Positions 14,127 to 28,568 of a stretch of DNA of 64,000 nucleotides are shown here, piece by piece. The notes under the pieces were generated by a model. The model searched no databases. It worked only from the letters and a program-made list of their open reading frames with translations, and was not told the DNA's origin. The stretch's first letter is position 1; each line of letters opens with the position of its first letter. The stretch is taken from NCBI RefSeq assembly GCF_009914755.1, contig NC_060928.1, one strand, 5' to 3'. This DNA comes from the human T2T-CHM13v2.0 reference genome, Homo sapiens. The translations under genes and the position numbers were made by a program.

Positions 14127-16526
14127 ATATCTCACCAGTGTCCTCATTAATTGATGAGTTAAATAAAATCTTTGACATGTGTGCATTTTATATGTGTATG
14201 GGAATTTTGATTTTGCCTTTTTTAGTGATTAATTTTTAACAGAAGTGGGCAGTCATGCATGGGGTTATCAGTCACTGGGGAGCAAGTAGTGACCAGAGCA
14301 CACCGGAGCAGACTGCTGAGGTGCAGGTAATGCTCCATTCCTAGATATGGGTGCCGATTACACAGATGAACACTTTTCAGCTGTAGACTGAGGTTCTTTG
14401 CAATTTTCTGAATACATGTTGTACTTCAATGAAAAACTCATCTTAAAATAAATATATAAATAAACAAAACATCAAAAGGTATCTAGAGAAATATCTCCCC
14501 CAGCTAATGACTTCCCACCTCAACATTAGCCACTGTTATTAGGTATTTTTATTTATCATTCCAGACTTTTTTATAAAGGATAGACAAGGAAATAAGAATA
14601 CAGGTTCTTATTCCCTCAGCACTTTTTTGCACAAAAGATAGCGTGAAAGATACAACATACACCCTCTTCTGTGCCTTTTATTTTTCACTTAACAATGAAT
14701 CTTGGAGATCTCTTCTTATCAGTACATGGAGCTCCTCCATTCTTTATTATAGCTCCATTGTATTTCATTAAGTGGATGTGCCACACTTTATTTAACCAGC
14801 CCTGTCTATTGATGGGCATTTGGGTTGTTTCTAATCTTTTGCTCCACAGAAATATATTGAGCTCCTAGATAATAATAAGAAAAAGACAGGAAGGGAGAGG
14901 AGAAAGAGAGATAGAAATTGGGAGTGAGAATGGGTTGTCAGTGGCACAAAGGCCTGAGCACTTGTGGGGGTAGGGAATGCCCAAGATTAGGGTATGTAGC
15001 TGTGACACCAAAGACCAACTATTTTTCCTTTAAATTTTGCCCTCCACCAGCCTTGAAATTTGACTTTTTTTAAGGTTACCTACTTTAACAAAAGGAAGTC
15101 AACACACACTGCCTTTTCTCCAAGGAGGCCGGAGAGTTTGCATACATTGGACATACAGGAATTCATATAACAATGATTCAAATAGCGGTCTTCCTCAACT
15201 GTGATAAAAACAAGAAGAGCTGATTCCAAACAGCTAGTATTTTATTTCCAGGAATGAAATGCTAACAACTAGTTTCCTGCTTACCACTTACCCTAAAGCA
15301 AAGAGAACCACTTACTCAGTGGGCCACAGGAGGCTGTGACTCCCAAAGCCACTGCCCAGCAGAATGACAAGCCCAATTTGCAATTCTCCCTTATTTTCCA
15401 TCCCTCTAGGATTGAAATGCCTCGCTGCTTCTTCCTAACCAAAATTTATTTTATCAAGGAAGCACCATGTTCTTTCAGGTCTAGAGAAGCCCCCTCTGAA
15501 CTGGAAAAGACAAAAAACGATTATTCTCATTTGCACAACTGCTTGGAAAGAAAATGAGATTACTGGCACCAAGGGAAAATTTAAATTTTTCCCCAGGCAA
15601 GAAGACTTTCTCTGCTCCAGGAGGAAGGTAGTTGAGAATTTACTGCACAACCTAGCTGGAAAAAAATAAGGAGCCTAATAAACCCAGGCAATTTAAGCAC
15701 ATACATGCACATGCATCCAGAAATTCTCTGTGCTGTAATTTATGCAAATGTCTTAATTCATAATTAAAAGGTAATTGGGATCACTTTAATGGCCTTTTCT
15801 TCCTCTTAGACTGCCTAAGTGGCAGACCCCTGTCACATCAATTGTGGGTGTTAATATATCAGTTCCAATGATTTTGTCTTAAAAATAACTTTGCTGCAGA
15901 GGCTGCCTTAGGGAGCTCAGTCTCCAAGGAGGAAGCTACGTAACAGCCAGTCCATTCTGATCTCCCAGTTATTGACATGCAGAAAAAGAAACATTCACTT
16001 TTAATAATAGGGCTCTCTTTCATGCAAAGATAGTACAGGATTTCTAAGAATAAATAATTCATGGTCCTCCAAGCTCTCTGAGAATAAATTTGTTCCTTTT
16101 CTGTTTTGTTTTTCTTCAGGATATGACATCTTAGGAAGAAGGGACTGGGGGAAAGAAAGCACTTTCTGCTTCTGTGGATATAAACACACAGTGTTTTATT
16201 CCCTAGTGCAACAAAACCTCAAGATCAACAGACAAGAGCTGAAAACCCTTTCCCACCAGACACAGTGCCATCTAAATGTTCTCTCAAAAGATAGCATCTC
16301 ATAAACAATTTCAACAAAAGGATGTCAGCTTTTACTTTATGTGCATGCACAAAATCACTTTTCAGGAAAAAAAATGACCATTACCGAATCCATCATAAAA
16401 TTAATTACATTTAGTTGATCACGTTGGCTGACTGGTTATAACTCTTGCTGTATTTTCCAGAAGTGTGTTTCATTTTATTTATCATTAAAGGAAAAAATAT
16501 TGTAGTTTTCCAATATACTGTCTATT

Positions 16527-16680
16527 GGTGGTTCTCAAACTCCAGTGTATGCCACAATTGCCAAAGAAATTTAACTAAATGCAGATTCCTTGGCACTGTC
16601 CCTCAAAATTCCTATTTACTTTTTCTGGTATAAGGTACAGATAATTCTGATTTACTTAAGCTATGGTTTTAGAAACACTA
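16527..16680. mobile_element. MER5A-like hAT fragment
   Basis: gtggttctcaaact...aaatgcagattccttgg...tttagaaacacta. Confidence 0.6.
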
Positions 16681-16790
16681 CACTCTAATTCTAATTATTC
16701 ATGTTAGTTCTCATGAAAATATTCACATTAATTCTAATGAAATATAATGTGACAATACTATATGTAAGAATTTCCTCCCTGACTTCATTT

Positions 16791-17527
16791 TGATATGAAT
16801 AGGAGGCAGGGAAATACTGGGTAGAAGGGGGCAGTTCCCCAGCAAAGGCCCCACCTGAACCCTGGAAACCCATGGCCCTAAATGGGAACAGGCATTTCTG
16901 TTTTTGCACCCAAATGTTGCCTTTTCCAAGACCATTCTGGCCTGCCATGCCCCTATCCTGTGTCCATATAAACTCCAAGCTCCAGTGGCAAAGTGGCAGA
17001 ATGGCATGACAGAGAAGCAGAGAATAGAAGGAGTGTCTGAACATCAGGAAGATTTTGGCTGGGGACGGTCGGAGAGAGATCAGCTGCAGGATGACTGAAC
17101 TCCAGGGGAAGATCATCTTCCCACTCCATCCCCTTTCCAGGTCCCCATCCATCCCGCTGAGAGCCACCCCCATCACTCAATAAAATCCCCACATTCACCA
17201 TCCTTCAAGTTCGTGTGACCTGATTCTCTCTGGATCCTGGACAAGGACCTGGGTACCAAGAGGGCAGGGTGTAAAAGGCTGTCACCCTGACTCTCCACTG
17301 AGCTGGAATAGCCATCCATGGACAGCAACTGCTAAAAGAGCATTAAGTGTAATATATCCCTAGATGCTAAAGTGGAGTTGGAGCCCAAGAGTGCTCACCC
17401 CAGCTCCTGCACCTGCCCATCTGCATGCTCCTACTCCCATAAGGGGTTTGAGCATGCAGTGGCCCAGCAAACAAGCCACATCCCTGTTGCAAGACCCACA
17501 ACGGGGTCAGGGAACTCTCCCGTTTTA
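16791..17527 (+). mobile_element. MER50 ERV1 solo LTR
   Basis: Starts tgatatgaataggaggcagggaaatactgggtagaag and ends gggaactctcccgtttta. 4-bp TSD attt/attt; TATAAA present; AATAAA at 17179. Confidence 0.88.
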
Positions 17528-18592
17528 ATTTCATTGGTAATTTCCTAAAATTGACTGTTGATTCCTATGTTCCTTTCAATGGATTGCTCTTTTGAGGAAA
17601 TTACATATTTAGATTATCTAAATGATGCTGTGAAGTCATAATTCTTGACAAAACTGAAGCAGGAAAAGAAAAGTGCCACAAAACTGGGGAGACAAGAAGT
17701 TCATTGAAGAGCTGATAAAAGCTATGTGCCCCTTTCCAAGAAAAAAATAAGGCACATTCACACAAATTTTACACCATTTCAATAGGTTCACAGACCTCAG
17801 ACTAGAGATTTCTATCCTAATGTGTTCATAAGTCACAAATTTAAAGGCAAATTCTTATTTGAGTTTAGGAATATGAAGGCAATATGTTCTGTCACACAGT
17901 GTGACTACAACTAAACGTAGTATCATGGAAGCTTCATGAAACATGAGGCAGGTCTTCCAGTTCTAAGAAACATAAAAGACACTTGTTAACAAACATGCCA
18001 CTTCCAAACTTTCTGATGTAAAATAAAGTTTAGCAGCTAATTACTTCCTGTAATTCATGGAAGTAGCCAGAGCCGATCATTTTAAATCCAAAAGTACAAG
18101 AATTTAAGAAGGAAAATGTTAAGAATGGGATAGAAACAGGATGAGTTTTTGTAGTTGATTTCTTATATTCCTGAAATAAACCCCAAAATCTCTAATTTTG
18201 TTGATACCTTAGTACTGTGTAAAGCATTCTGTTATGCGTTAGTGACTAATTCTACATGGACTGCCTATTATATCATATGTAATAATTCAGCAAAACAGAA
18301 GACCACTAGCAAAGTCTAAGCAGAGCCAGAAATTCCATGAAGATATTAAGTTTGCTCATCGTATTTTATCTATCTGATTGCACAATTAGAGGAATGGTGA
18401 GATCATGTCTACAAAGAAAAGTGAGCCTCTCTAAAGAAAGATATTACAATAATGCAAAGCATTGCTTCACCATCTTAAAATGGAATATCATTGCCATCCA
18501 TTTAAAAAGTTCTAGGAGAATTAAATAAACTGAGAGTTTTTAAAAAGACTTTGTCCAGAGGCAAGGATAGATGAGGGACTATTAATCCAGAC

Positions 18593-19025
18593 TGTGGCCA
18601 GTTGCTTATTGTTTGTAAGAAACTAACACAATATTTAGTGGCTTAAAGTAACAATTTGCTTATGCTTCTGTGGGTCAGTATTTTGGGCTGCATTCATCTG
18701 GAACAGTTTCAATCTATGCTCTATGTGGTGTCAATGGGGCTCACTCATCTGTCTGAGGCCTCAGCTGGAACAATGTGAATGATTGAGATGACTGAGCTGT
18801 CTGGGTCTCTCTCCACATGGTCTCTCATTCCCCCATAGACAGGGCTCCAAGAGGACTAAAACAAAACCTTCAAAGTCTCTTAAGACCTCAGCTCAGATCT
18901 CACATAGTGTCACTTCCACTGTATTATGTTGATCAAAGGAAGCTACAAAGCCAGCCAACAGTGGGGAAATAAACTCTACCTCTTCACAGGAGGAACTGCA
19001 AATAATTTGTGGCTGTTTTTATCTA
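18593..19025 (-). mobile_element. MLT1-type MaLR LTR (old)
   Basis: ttagtggcttaaa...tctgtgggtcag...tcacttccactgtatt...ctctacctctt motifs. Confidence 0.7.
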
Positions 19026-22000
19026 AGAAAGATACTATTCCGTAAAACTGTACTACATACAATGCAAGATTTTTTTCTAAATAGAAAAGAAAATGCATTT
19101 CATTAAGAAACTATTGACCTGAATGCTAAAGAATGATAAGCGGGTAAATGTACTTTGTGACAACTTGATGAGCTGTTGTATTTTGTTGGGGATAGGAGGT
19201 GCAGAAAGATGGATGGAATGCTAGACACATGATGTATCCATTTGGATAAATTATTCTGGTAAGTTCCAAAAGCTATAAGAAACTGTTACCTCTAATTTTA
19301 ATAACTATTGTTAAGTTGATGGATTAGCAAATATCATGCCAATATTAATATCTAAGATAAAATGGTTTTGTTTCAACACTGATTGCGTGACATGAACCCA
19401 TGCACTAGTTAGCTAGATCCAACTGTCAAATGACATCACATAGCTCTTTTAAAAGAAGAAATATGTTTCAAGTACATAAAGTGGGTTGTGATGTGGAATA
19501 ACAAAAAATCTTTTCACATGTTTTCAACTATGTCTCCACTTTAAACAGAAGAAAAAATACAGAAACAAGCAAATAGGAAATTTTAACAGACTTGTAGTTA
19601 TGTGTATTCTAGTCCTAATATACCAGGAATTTGCTTCATGACATTACATAAAATAGAGATTCCTCCAACACAATTACAGTGGCAGTAGATAATATCTGTA
19701 TAGTTCTTCCAGTTTTAATATTACTACATACACAACTATGCACATATAAGCATAGATGCATATACACATAAACATACATGCAGATAGAGAAAGAGAAAGA
19801 ACTTTCAGAAAATAATATTGTCTTTGAGAAAAACACAATTAAGGAATGCACTTTTTGTTACTGTTCTTGGCCCTTTATTCCGAAACTAATTATTCACTAA
19901 ATACTTATAACTCTAAATCTTTCATTTTAGCAAAAACCTTTGATATTCCATTTATGCTATCATAGTAGGCTTCTTTTAAAGAGTTCTTCTTAACAAATAT
20001 TTTTTAAAATAGTTCTAAATTGGATTGTCCCACCATGACAACATCATAAAAACTAAATTTTAGAATTATAGAAACGGAAGAATCTAGTTTTACTTTGTTT
20101 TTTAGCCATTAAAATGTATACTAATATAGCTTGCATTGAGTGTTCTATTTACAAACATTTCAAACCATTTATGAATGTTGTTTATATATATTTAGAACAC
20201 TTCTATAAAAATTGAAGGCTAATGTTATTGTACCAATTTTCCTTATAGAAAAATTGAGTAATAAATTGGTGGAGAACTTGCTGCCATGTTCTTGTAAACA
20301 GATGAGAGATTAACAGATGGGAGCCCAGATAATGGGAAATTTTAATCAGATTCAACATACTTCTTGCAAAGACAGGCAAACTTTTTTGAGTCTAGAAATG
20401 TACTTTGGTAGGCTGATAAGTTTTAAATAAAACATGATTAACAGAGATTTTGGCTATCAGCTGTGATAGAGTATTAGAGAACTGACTTACCCTCCTACCT
20501 GAAACAATAAAAAAACAGACAAAATACATAAAACAAAAATTTTAAGACATTGAACGTCAGGCAATGTAAGACAATGATTCTTGAGAGAAGAAAAACAAAA
20601 GATACTCTAGATATCCCAACTAACTGACTAGAGAGAGATTCTAGGGTATAACACATGGAGGAGGAATCCAAAAGGCATCCAGAGGTATCCCTGTATTGAG
20701 GAAATAGACCTTGAAATCCAGGGAGGCCAAGACTACTACAGTTTGTGGAGCAGAATACCAGAAAAGAGACAACTTCACAGACAACTACTGAAATCTGCAA
20801 AGGATCCCATTTGGATTTTCAGAGTAGTATTGGTCAGTCTGTAAGTGTAAGAAAACTACTTGAAGCTACAGAAAAAAGAAAAACCCAAAAGAAACAAAAG
20901 GAACAATCTTTGGAGATCACACAGCTCAGAAATAGTCTCTATTCCTCAGCCAGAGTGGAAACTCACTTAATCCATGAGATACTTTAGAATATCAGAAGGT
21001 ATTGCCTCAACAGTGGGCTAAAAAATAGCTACAAACTAAATGCAGCTGTGGTCCCGCCTAACAAAGCTCAAAAGCAAGCCTAGACAGATCAAACTATTTT
21101 TAATTTTTAATTACATTCCAAAAGAAAGCTCAAAAATATGTATTAATTTTTCAAAAATATTCAACATTCAACAAGGTAAACTCACAATGTCTGGCACCTA
21201 ATCAAAAATTACCAGACATGAAAAGAGGCAGGACAATGTGATTCACAATGAGGAAGAAAATAAGTCAAGCAAAACTGACCCAGAAAAGACAATGTTGGTA
21301 GAATACAGACAAGTACGTTAAATTATTATCAGTCTATTCCATATTTTCAAAAAGTCAGATAAAAACTTACACATGTAAATAAAGATATTTGAGAAATTCT
21401 AAAAAAACAAATTAAACTTCTAGAGAAAAAAACATAGTGACTGAGGGGAAAAATACATTGAAATGTGATTAACAGCGGCTTAGACCTTGCAGAAGAAAAA
21501 ATGACTGAACTTGGAGACATGGCAAGAAAAACTACTAGAAATACAGCATGAAGAAAAGAGATTTTTTTTTCTAAATGAACAAAACAATAGTAAGTTGTGA
21601 AAGAACTATATTCAATTGGAGTCCCCAGAAGAGGTGAGACAGAGGAATTGGAAAAATATCCTTTAAAATAATGGCTGAATTTATGCCATGATTGGTGAAA
21701 ACTATAAACCCACAGATCCAAGGAGCTCTGTGGACCCCAAGCCTAATAACATGGAAAAAATTACATTGTGGTATACCATAATTAAATTTCTTTAAAACTG
21801 TGGAAAAGAAAGCAATCTTAAAAGCAGCCAGAGTAAAAATAATCATTATGGCAGAGAAAAAAAAAATGAGAGTGGGCTTCTCTTCAGAAACAATGCAAGC
21901 CAGAAAATAATGGAGAAATATACTCAAAGTACTGAAAGAAAAATAAAGTCAACCCAGAATTCTATAAGCAGCAATAAAGGCAAAACAAAAAATTTTCAGA

Positions 22001-22280
22001 CTGACAAAACCTGAAAGAATTCACCAAAAAATCTTCACTACAATGAACATTAAAGAAAACCATTCAAGCAGAGGAAAGGGACACCAAATAGAAATCTGGA
22101 TCTACACAATGGAATGAGGAGTGACAGTAAATATGAAGATTTCTTTTCTTAGTTTTTAAAAATCTTAAAATAATTGACACATTAAAACAAAAATGATTAC
22201 AATGTTTTGTGGAGTTTATAACACATGTATAAGTAAAATGAATGACAGTGAAAACACAAAGGCCAGGAGCCTGGAAATGA

Positions 22281-22602
<322 letters not shown>

Positions 22603-23160
22603 CAAAGTTTCTTATACATACATGCAGTGGTATGATGACACTTGAAGGTAGACTGAGACAATCTTAAGATGTATACTATAAACTATGTAGCAACCACTAA
22701 AAATATACAACTGAGAGTTAGAGCTAGTAAGCCAATAAAGGAGATAAAATGGATTCATTAAAAACACACAATCCAAAAGAAGGCAAAAAGAACAAAGAGC
22801 AAATGGAACAAAGAGAAAATAAATAGCAAGATAGATTTTGAAACCACCTTTGCAAAAATTATAACTGAGAAAATCATGGTAGTGAAAAAGATCTAACTCC
22901 ATCTTGCTTCTAACCATCAAGTTGTCCTCATTCATTCCTGGGCCTAGGTCGAACTTTGGGAGGAACTTAGTTTACAGTTTAACTTTGAAACAAAGATGAT
23001 AACAACCCTTTCTCAAAACAAATCATCTTCCTGCCTGGGGACTAGACTGCCTTTGCAGGACTAACAAATTAGCCATAAGGTTAGAAATTATGGTTTAGGA
23101 GTCATGCAGCTGGAGGCTGCAAGATTCTGAACCTCCCCAGATTGCTTCTGGGAATAATAT

Positions 23161-23910
<750 letters not shown>

Positions 23911-23974
23911 GGCCCCCGTCTCAACAAGAAAACCCAAGGGCTGCCAGGGAGGTTAGCCGATGACCACTCTAACT

Positions 23975-25592
23975 GCTTCCTGCTGAATTGGGGTGTAGTA
24001 GGGGTTGTGCAGTTGGGATTTCCTTGGGAGGAGTGACTTCGATGTCATTAACATTGGAGCATGGGCTAGCAGGCCAGTCCAGGGGTCCATGGTAGATCTT
24101 AGTCATGGACTGCATCTGGGACTCCATTTGAAGAACATTTGTAGCTTTACAGCTTTGATTCTGGAAGAGACAAACTTAACAAAGAGATTAAAGATACAGG
24201 GTCCAAAGAGGAGTAACAATATTATAGCTGCTAGAGGTCCTAAGAAGGGGAGAATCCAGTGCATCCATTGGCAGAGGAGGCCCCAGCGTCTGGTGTTTTG
24301 AAGCTCCTCTGGTCTATGTTGTATTCGATCTTGAATTTCTTTAACTTTCTCAGTGATGATTCTGGATTGATTAGCATAATAACATTCTTCCCCTAAAAAT
24401 AAATAGGTTCCCCCTCTTTCAGCAGTTAGCAAGTCTAAAGCTCTTCGATTTTGAGGGACTACTGCTGCTAGGGAGTTAAGTTGATCTTGCAAGGTGACCA
24501 GTGAGTTGGTGACCCAATCCATGTCACCATTTAGTTCTTGAGATAGTTTATAGTAGAACTGAGTAGAGGTTTTGATACCACCAATGCCAGCACCTAGTCC
24601 GTCTAGCACTCCTGCTCCAATAACAAAAGAAAGAATGGGTACTCTTTTGTTATGGGACTTAGGTATGACATAATTGTATAAATCTTGTTCAGTGTAGATG
24701 ATCATGGGGGCGCTAAGAATGAGAGGAACCACATAGATCCTGAAGAGCCATTCAAACAATGATAGGCTGAGGTACCACAAACAAAAAATATTCCTGAGGG
24801 TAGGCAGACTATTTGTGTGGGAGGAGTTACCCACCTGATGCATTGGGAGTTGGTTGTGTCTATAGTATTGCTAAATTTTACACAGGTGAGGTTTGAGGTA
24901 TGGGTTATCTCCAAATTGGAAACAAGAGGTCCTACTAAAACAGAAGTGGTATTTATTTCTGTGCTGAAGTTGTTCCATTGTTCAGGTACAGGGATTGAAA
25001 TGTATGGCCTGAAGTGCAGGCGGAAGCACATCCAACAGTTAGTAGGGTTTTGGGCCAAGGCCTCATGGAGCCCAGTGAGGGTGGTATTAAATAGGCTTAC
25101 CAGGCAAGTATGGGTACGGAGGGTTTCATGTAGTTTTGAGAGCTCTAGTCCTTTTTAGGGGCTAAGGGTGCTATGCACCCAGGTCAGTTGGGAGATTACT
25201 TCCTTTACATGTTTTTCTCTTGCCTGATCTTGAACCCCACCCCCATCAGACATACCAGTACGGGTCAAGTAAGTCCAACAGACAGTGGCTCCAAGTCCTC
25301 CAGGAAAACTAGGATTAACCACTTTCCCTGTCCAATAATGAGTATTTGCATGCATGCAAAGAGTGGCAGAGTTATAGCAGTTGTGGGGCATGTGGGTGTG
25401 GGTGGTTAAGCTGGGGTTTCACTTAGAAAAACTCCTAAATGATGGGGCATTAATATTTCTGGGAAGCCACAGTCTCCATAGAAGCTCTTGGTAAGGGGAG
25501 CTACTGGTCATACAGTGGCATGGAGCGGGTTCAGTGAGAGTGAAAGGGTGTAAGAGAACAGTAAAGGGAAAAATATGATAAGGGAGGGCCAT
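23975..25592 (-). pseudogene. HERV-W env pseudogene (syncytin-1 paralogue, not ERVW-1)
   Basis: ATG GCC CTC CCT TAT CAT at 25592, with TGA at codon 58 (25421-25419), TAA near 25155 and a frameshift near 24720. SU PTNCWMC motif; fusion peptide VPILSFVIGAGVL; ISD QNRRALDLLTAERGG. Confidence 0.95.
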
Positions 25593-25599
25593 GGGGATT

Positions 25600-28430
25600 T
25601 ATGATTTTCGTTACTTTCCTCACAGTTGTTGCTTGAAGAGGAGGCACAGACTCTCTAGAGGTTCCCAGCAATAGCTAGTGTTGTCTCCTGGATTTTCGGG
25701 TTCCTTTGGCAGTATCCAGGGTTTGACTTGAGTGTGATGTATCCAAGACTCCACTCCAGCCCCTTTAACCATGGTTGGGGTAGATAAAATGATGGTAGGG
25801 TCCTTCCCAGGATGTATCTAGGGATGGGGAATTAGAGGGAAGGGACTTGACTAATATCATGTCACGAAGGTGGAATAATTCCTTTCCCTCCTCTCGGGGA
25901 CAGGTTCCTTGTAATGTTTTAAGAACTTGTTGATATTTGGCTAAGGAAGTGATGTCTGCAACTAAGTTGGCTGTCTCTCAGTCAAGCACAAGGTCATTGG
26001 TTAGGAAGGGCCATCCATACAGCATTTCGTATGAGCTAAGTCCTGCTTTTTGGGGACAGTTTCAGATTCTTAGTAAGGCTATAGGCAACAGAGCAGGCCA
26101 CGTGAGGTGGGTTTCCTGGGTTAGCTTTTTTGGATGTCATTTGAGTTTTTCATTCATTTTCTCAACTTTCCCTAAGGATTGTGGCCTCCAGGCGCGGTGT
26201 AAGTGATATTGTATGCCTAATGCCTGGGATACTCCCTGGGTTACTGTCGCCTTGAAAGCGGGGCCATTGTCACTCTGTAAGCCTCGGGAAGTCTGAATCT
26301 GGGAATTATTTCATGAACTAGTATCTTTATTATCTCTCGGGCCTTTTCTTTCCTGCAGTGGAAGGCCTCTCCCCAACCAGTAAAAGTATCTAGCCGAACT
26401 AGTAGATACTGAAATCCTGAGATTTGGGCATGTGGGTAAAATCCAGTTGCCAGTCTTCTCCTGGGTAATGGCCTGTTCTTTTTTCTCCTGAAGGAGCTTG
26501 GTGATAAGGCAGGGGATTATTTCTTTGGCACACTTCACAGGCCCTGACTATCTGCTTGATAGTTTTGAAAAGGCCTGGTCCAGTAAATAATGATTTGGCC
26601 ATCTGATGGGTGCTATCAATGCCTAAGTGAAAGGTTTGGTGAAGGGTTTTAAGTAATTTCTATTGGTTAGCTGCAGGCAAAAGTATTTGTCCTTCTTCAG
26701 TGGCTAGCCATCCTGAGGAGAGGAAACTATGTCCTTGTGAGGTTCCCCATTCTATGTCTCCTGCAGAGTACTGGGGCTTGGTTTCCCAGAGGGGATTACC
26801 CCATACTAGGGGTCCTTCTATAAGGATTTCTAATGGAGTGTCCTGCCTTGTGGCTCTTTTGGCTTCAATATCCACTTGGCGGTTCCCTTCTATTTCCCTT
26901 TCCTTTCCGATGACCCCAGCAGTGTAAGACTGCCACCTCTTTAGGTTTCTCTATAGCCAATAATAATCTCCTAATGGCTTCCTGATGTTTGATAGGTGTT
27001 CCCTCAGAAGTTAGGAATTCCCTTTCTCTCCATATTGCTGCATGGGCGTGGAGGACTAGGTAAGCATACTTAGATTCTGTATATATATTTACCATTTTTC
27101 CGTCCCCTAATTCTAGTGCCTGAGTGAGGGCTATTAGTTCTGCCAGCTGAGCGCTAGTTCCTGGAGTGAGGGGATTACTTTCAAGTATTCCATTATCACT
27201 GGCCACTGCATACACCACTTTTCAAGTGCTTTTTCTACAAAGGAACTTCCATTAGTATACAAGTTGAGGTCAGGATCAGCCAAGGGAACCTCTAGAAGTT
27301 CCCCTCGAGCAGCGTAGCTTTGAGCAATTACTTGTTGACAGTTATGTTCTATCTTTTCTTCATTGACTGGAAGAAATGTGGCTGGGTTAAGAGTTGCACA
27401 AGTGTGCAGTCACAGCACTGGCCCTTCAAATAATAGAGCCTGATATTTAAGCAAACAGTTGTCTGACAGCCACAAGTCTCCTTTAGCAGTGAGTATGCCG
27501 TTCACATCATGAGATGTCCACACAATAAAATCTCTTCCCTGTATTATTTTAACTGTTTCAGATACTAAGACTGCTACTGCTGCCACAACCCATAAACAAT
27601 GAGGCCAACTCTTTGCCACCACATCAATTTCCTTACTCAGGTATGCCACAGGTTGCAAGCTCGTCCCTTGAACCTGTGTAAGGACTCCTAGAGCTATTCC
27701 TGTTTTTTCTGTGACATATAAAGAAAAGTCTTGCTCCATTGGTAAGCTTAACAATGGGGCTTGGGTTAGGGCCTCCTTTATGGCCTGGAAAGCTTCTTCT
27801 GCTTCAGGTGTCCATCTTACTAAATGGGTATTGGCTTTCTGAGTTTCCTTAATTAATGTATATAATGGCCTGGCTATTTCGCCATACCTGGGAATCCATA
27901 TTCAGCAGAAGGCTGTTATGCCAAGGAACCCTCTTAGTTGCTTTAGGGTTTTGGGATGAGGATAAGCCAGTATAGGCTAGATACATTCCTCACTGAGGTC
28001 CCTGGTGCCTTTGGATAACTTTAGCCCTAAGTATTTAACCTGCTGTGAGCAGAGCTGAGCCTTTGGTTTGGAAACCTTGTAGCCACAGGTGGCGAGGAAA
28101 TTTAAGAGAGCTTCGGTGGCTTGATGGCACAAGGTTTCTGAATAGGCAGCTAAAAGTAAATCATCCATGTACCGAAGGACAAGAGTGTCCAGGTATGAGA
28201 ACTGGCTCAAGTCTTGGGCTAATGCCTGGCCAAATAGATGGGGACTATTCTTGAACCTCTGGGGTAAAACAGTCCAGGTAAGTTGAGATGCTGGGTTCGA
28301 AGGATCTTCAAAGGCAAACAAGAATTGAGAGTCAGGATGTACAGGGATGCAGAAAAAGGCATCCATAAGGTCCAGGACTGTAAACCACTCTGCTTCCTCT
28401 GGTATTTGGGAAAGCAGAGTATAAGGGTTA
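25600..28430 (-). pseudogene. HERV-W pol pseudogene (RT, RNase H, integrase), 5'-deleted
   Basis: FTVLDLMDAFF, LPQRF and YMDD (RT); SAQLAELIALT (RNase H); CEVC and WQLDFTHMP (integrase). Multiple stops and frameshifts. Confidence 0.95.
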
Positions 28431-28568
28431 GCTCTCTTTACTACCTGATTGGTGGGATGTGAGCTAAGTTGCAAGCAGCCCAGTGTTTAAAGGCAGATGC
28501 GGTCACCCTCCCAGCTAGGCTTAGGGATTCTTAGTTGGCCTAGGAAATCCAGCTAGTCCTGTCTCTCA
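28431..28568 (-). mobile_element. Truncated 5' LTR17 (U3 start only)
   Basis: Aligns to 23776-23910, then switches abruptly to pol. Confidence 0.93.

Noticed and set aside
23975-25592. Functional syncytin-1 (ERVW-1) or an intact env gene
   Set aside because: Stop at codon 58, a further stop and frameshifts, a lost furin site and cysteines; it also lacks the ERVW-1-specific 12-bp deletion.
27977-28474. 165-aa LTR-RT fusion ORF as an active reverse transcriptase
   Set aside because: Non-ATG start, missing the RT N-terminus, stops soon after YMDD, and has no upstream LTR promoter.
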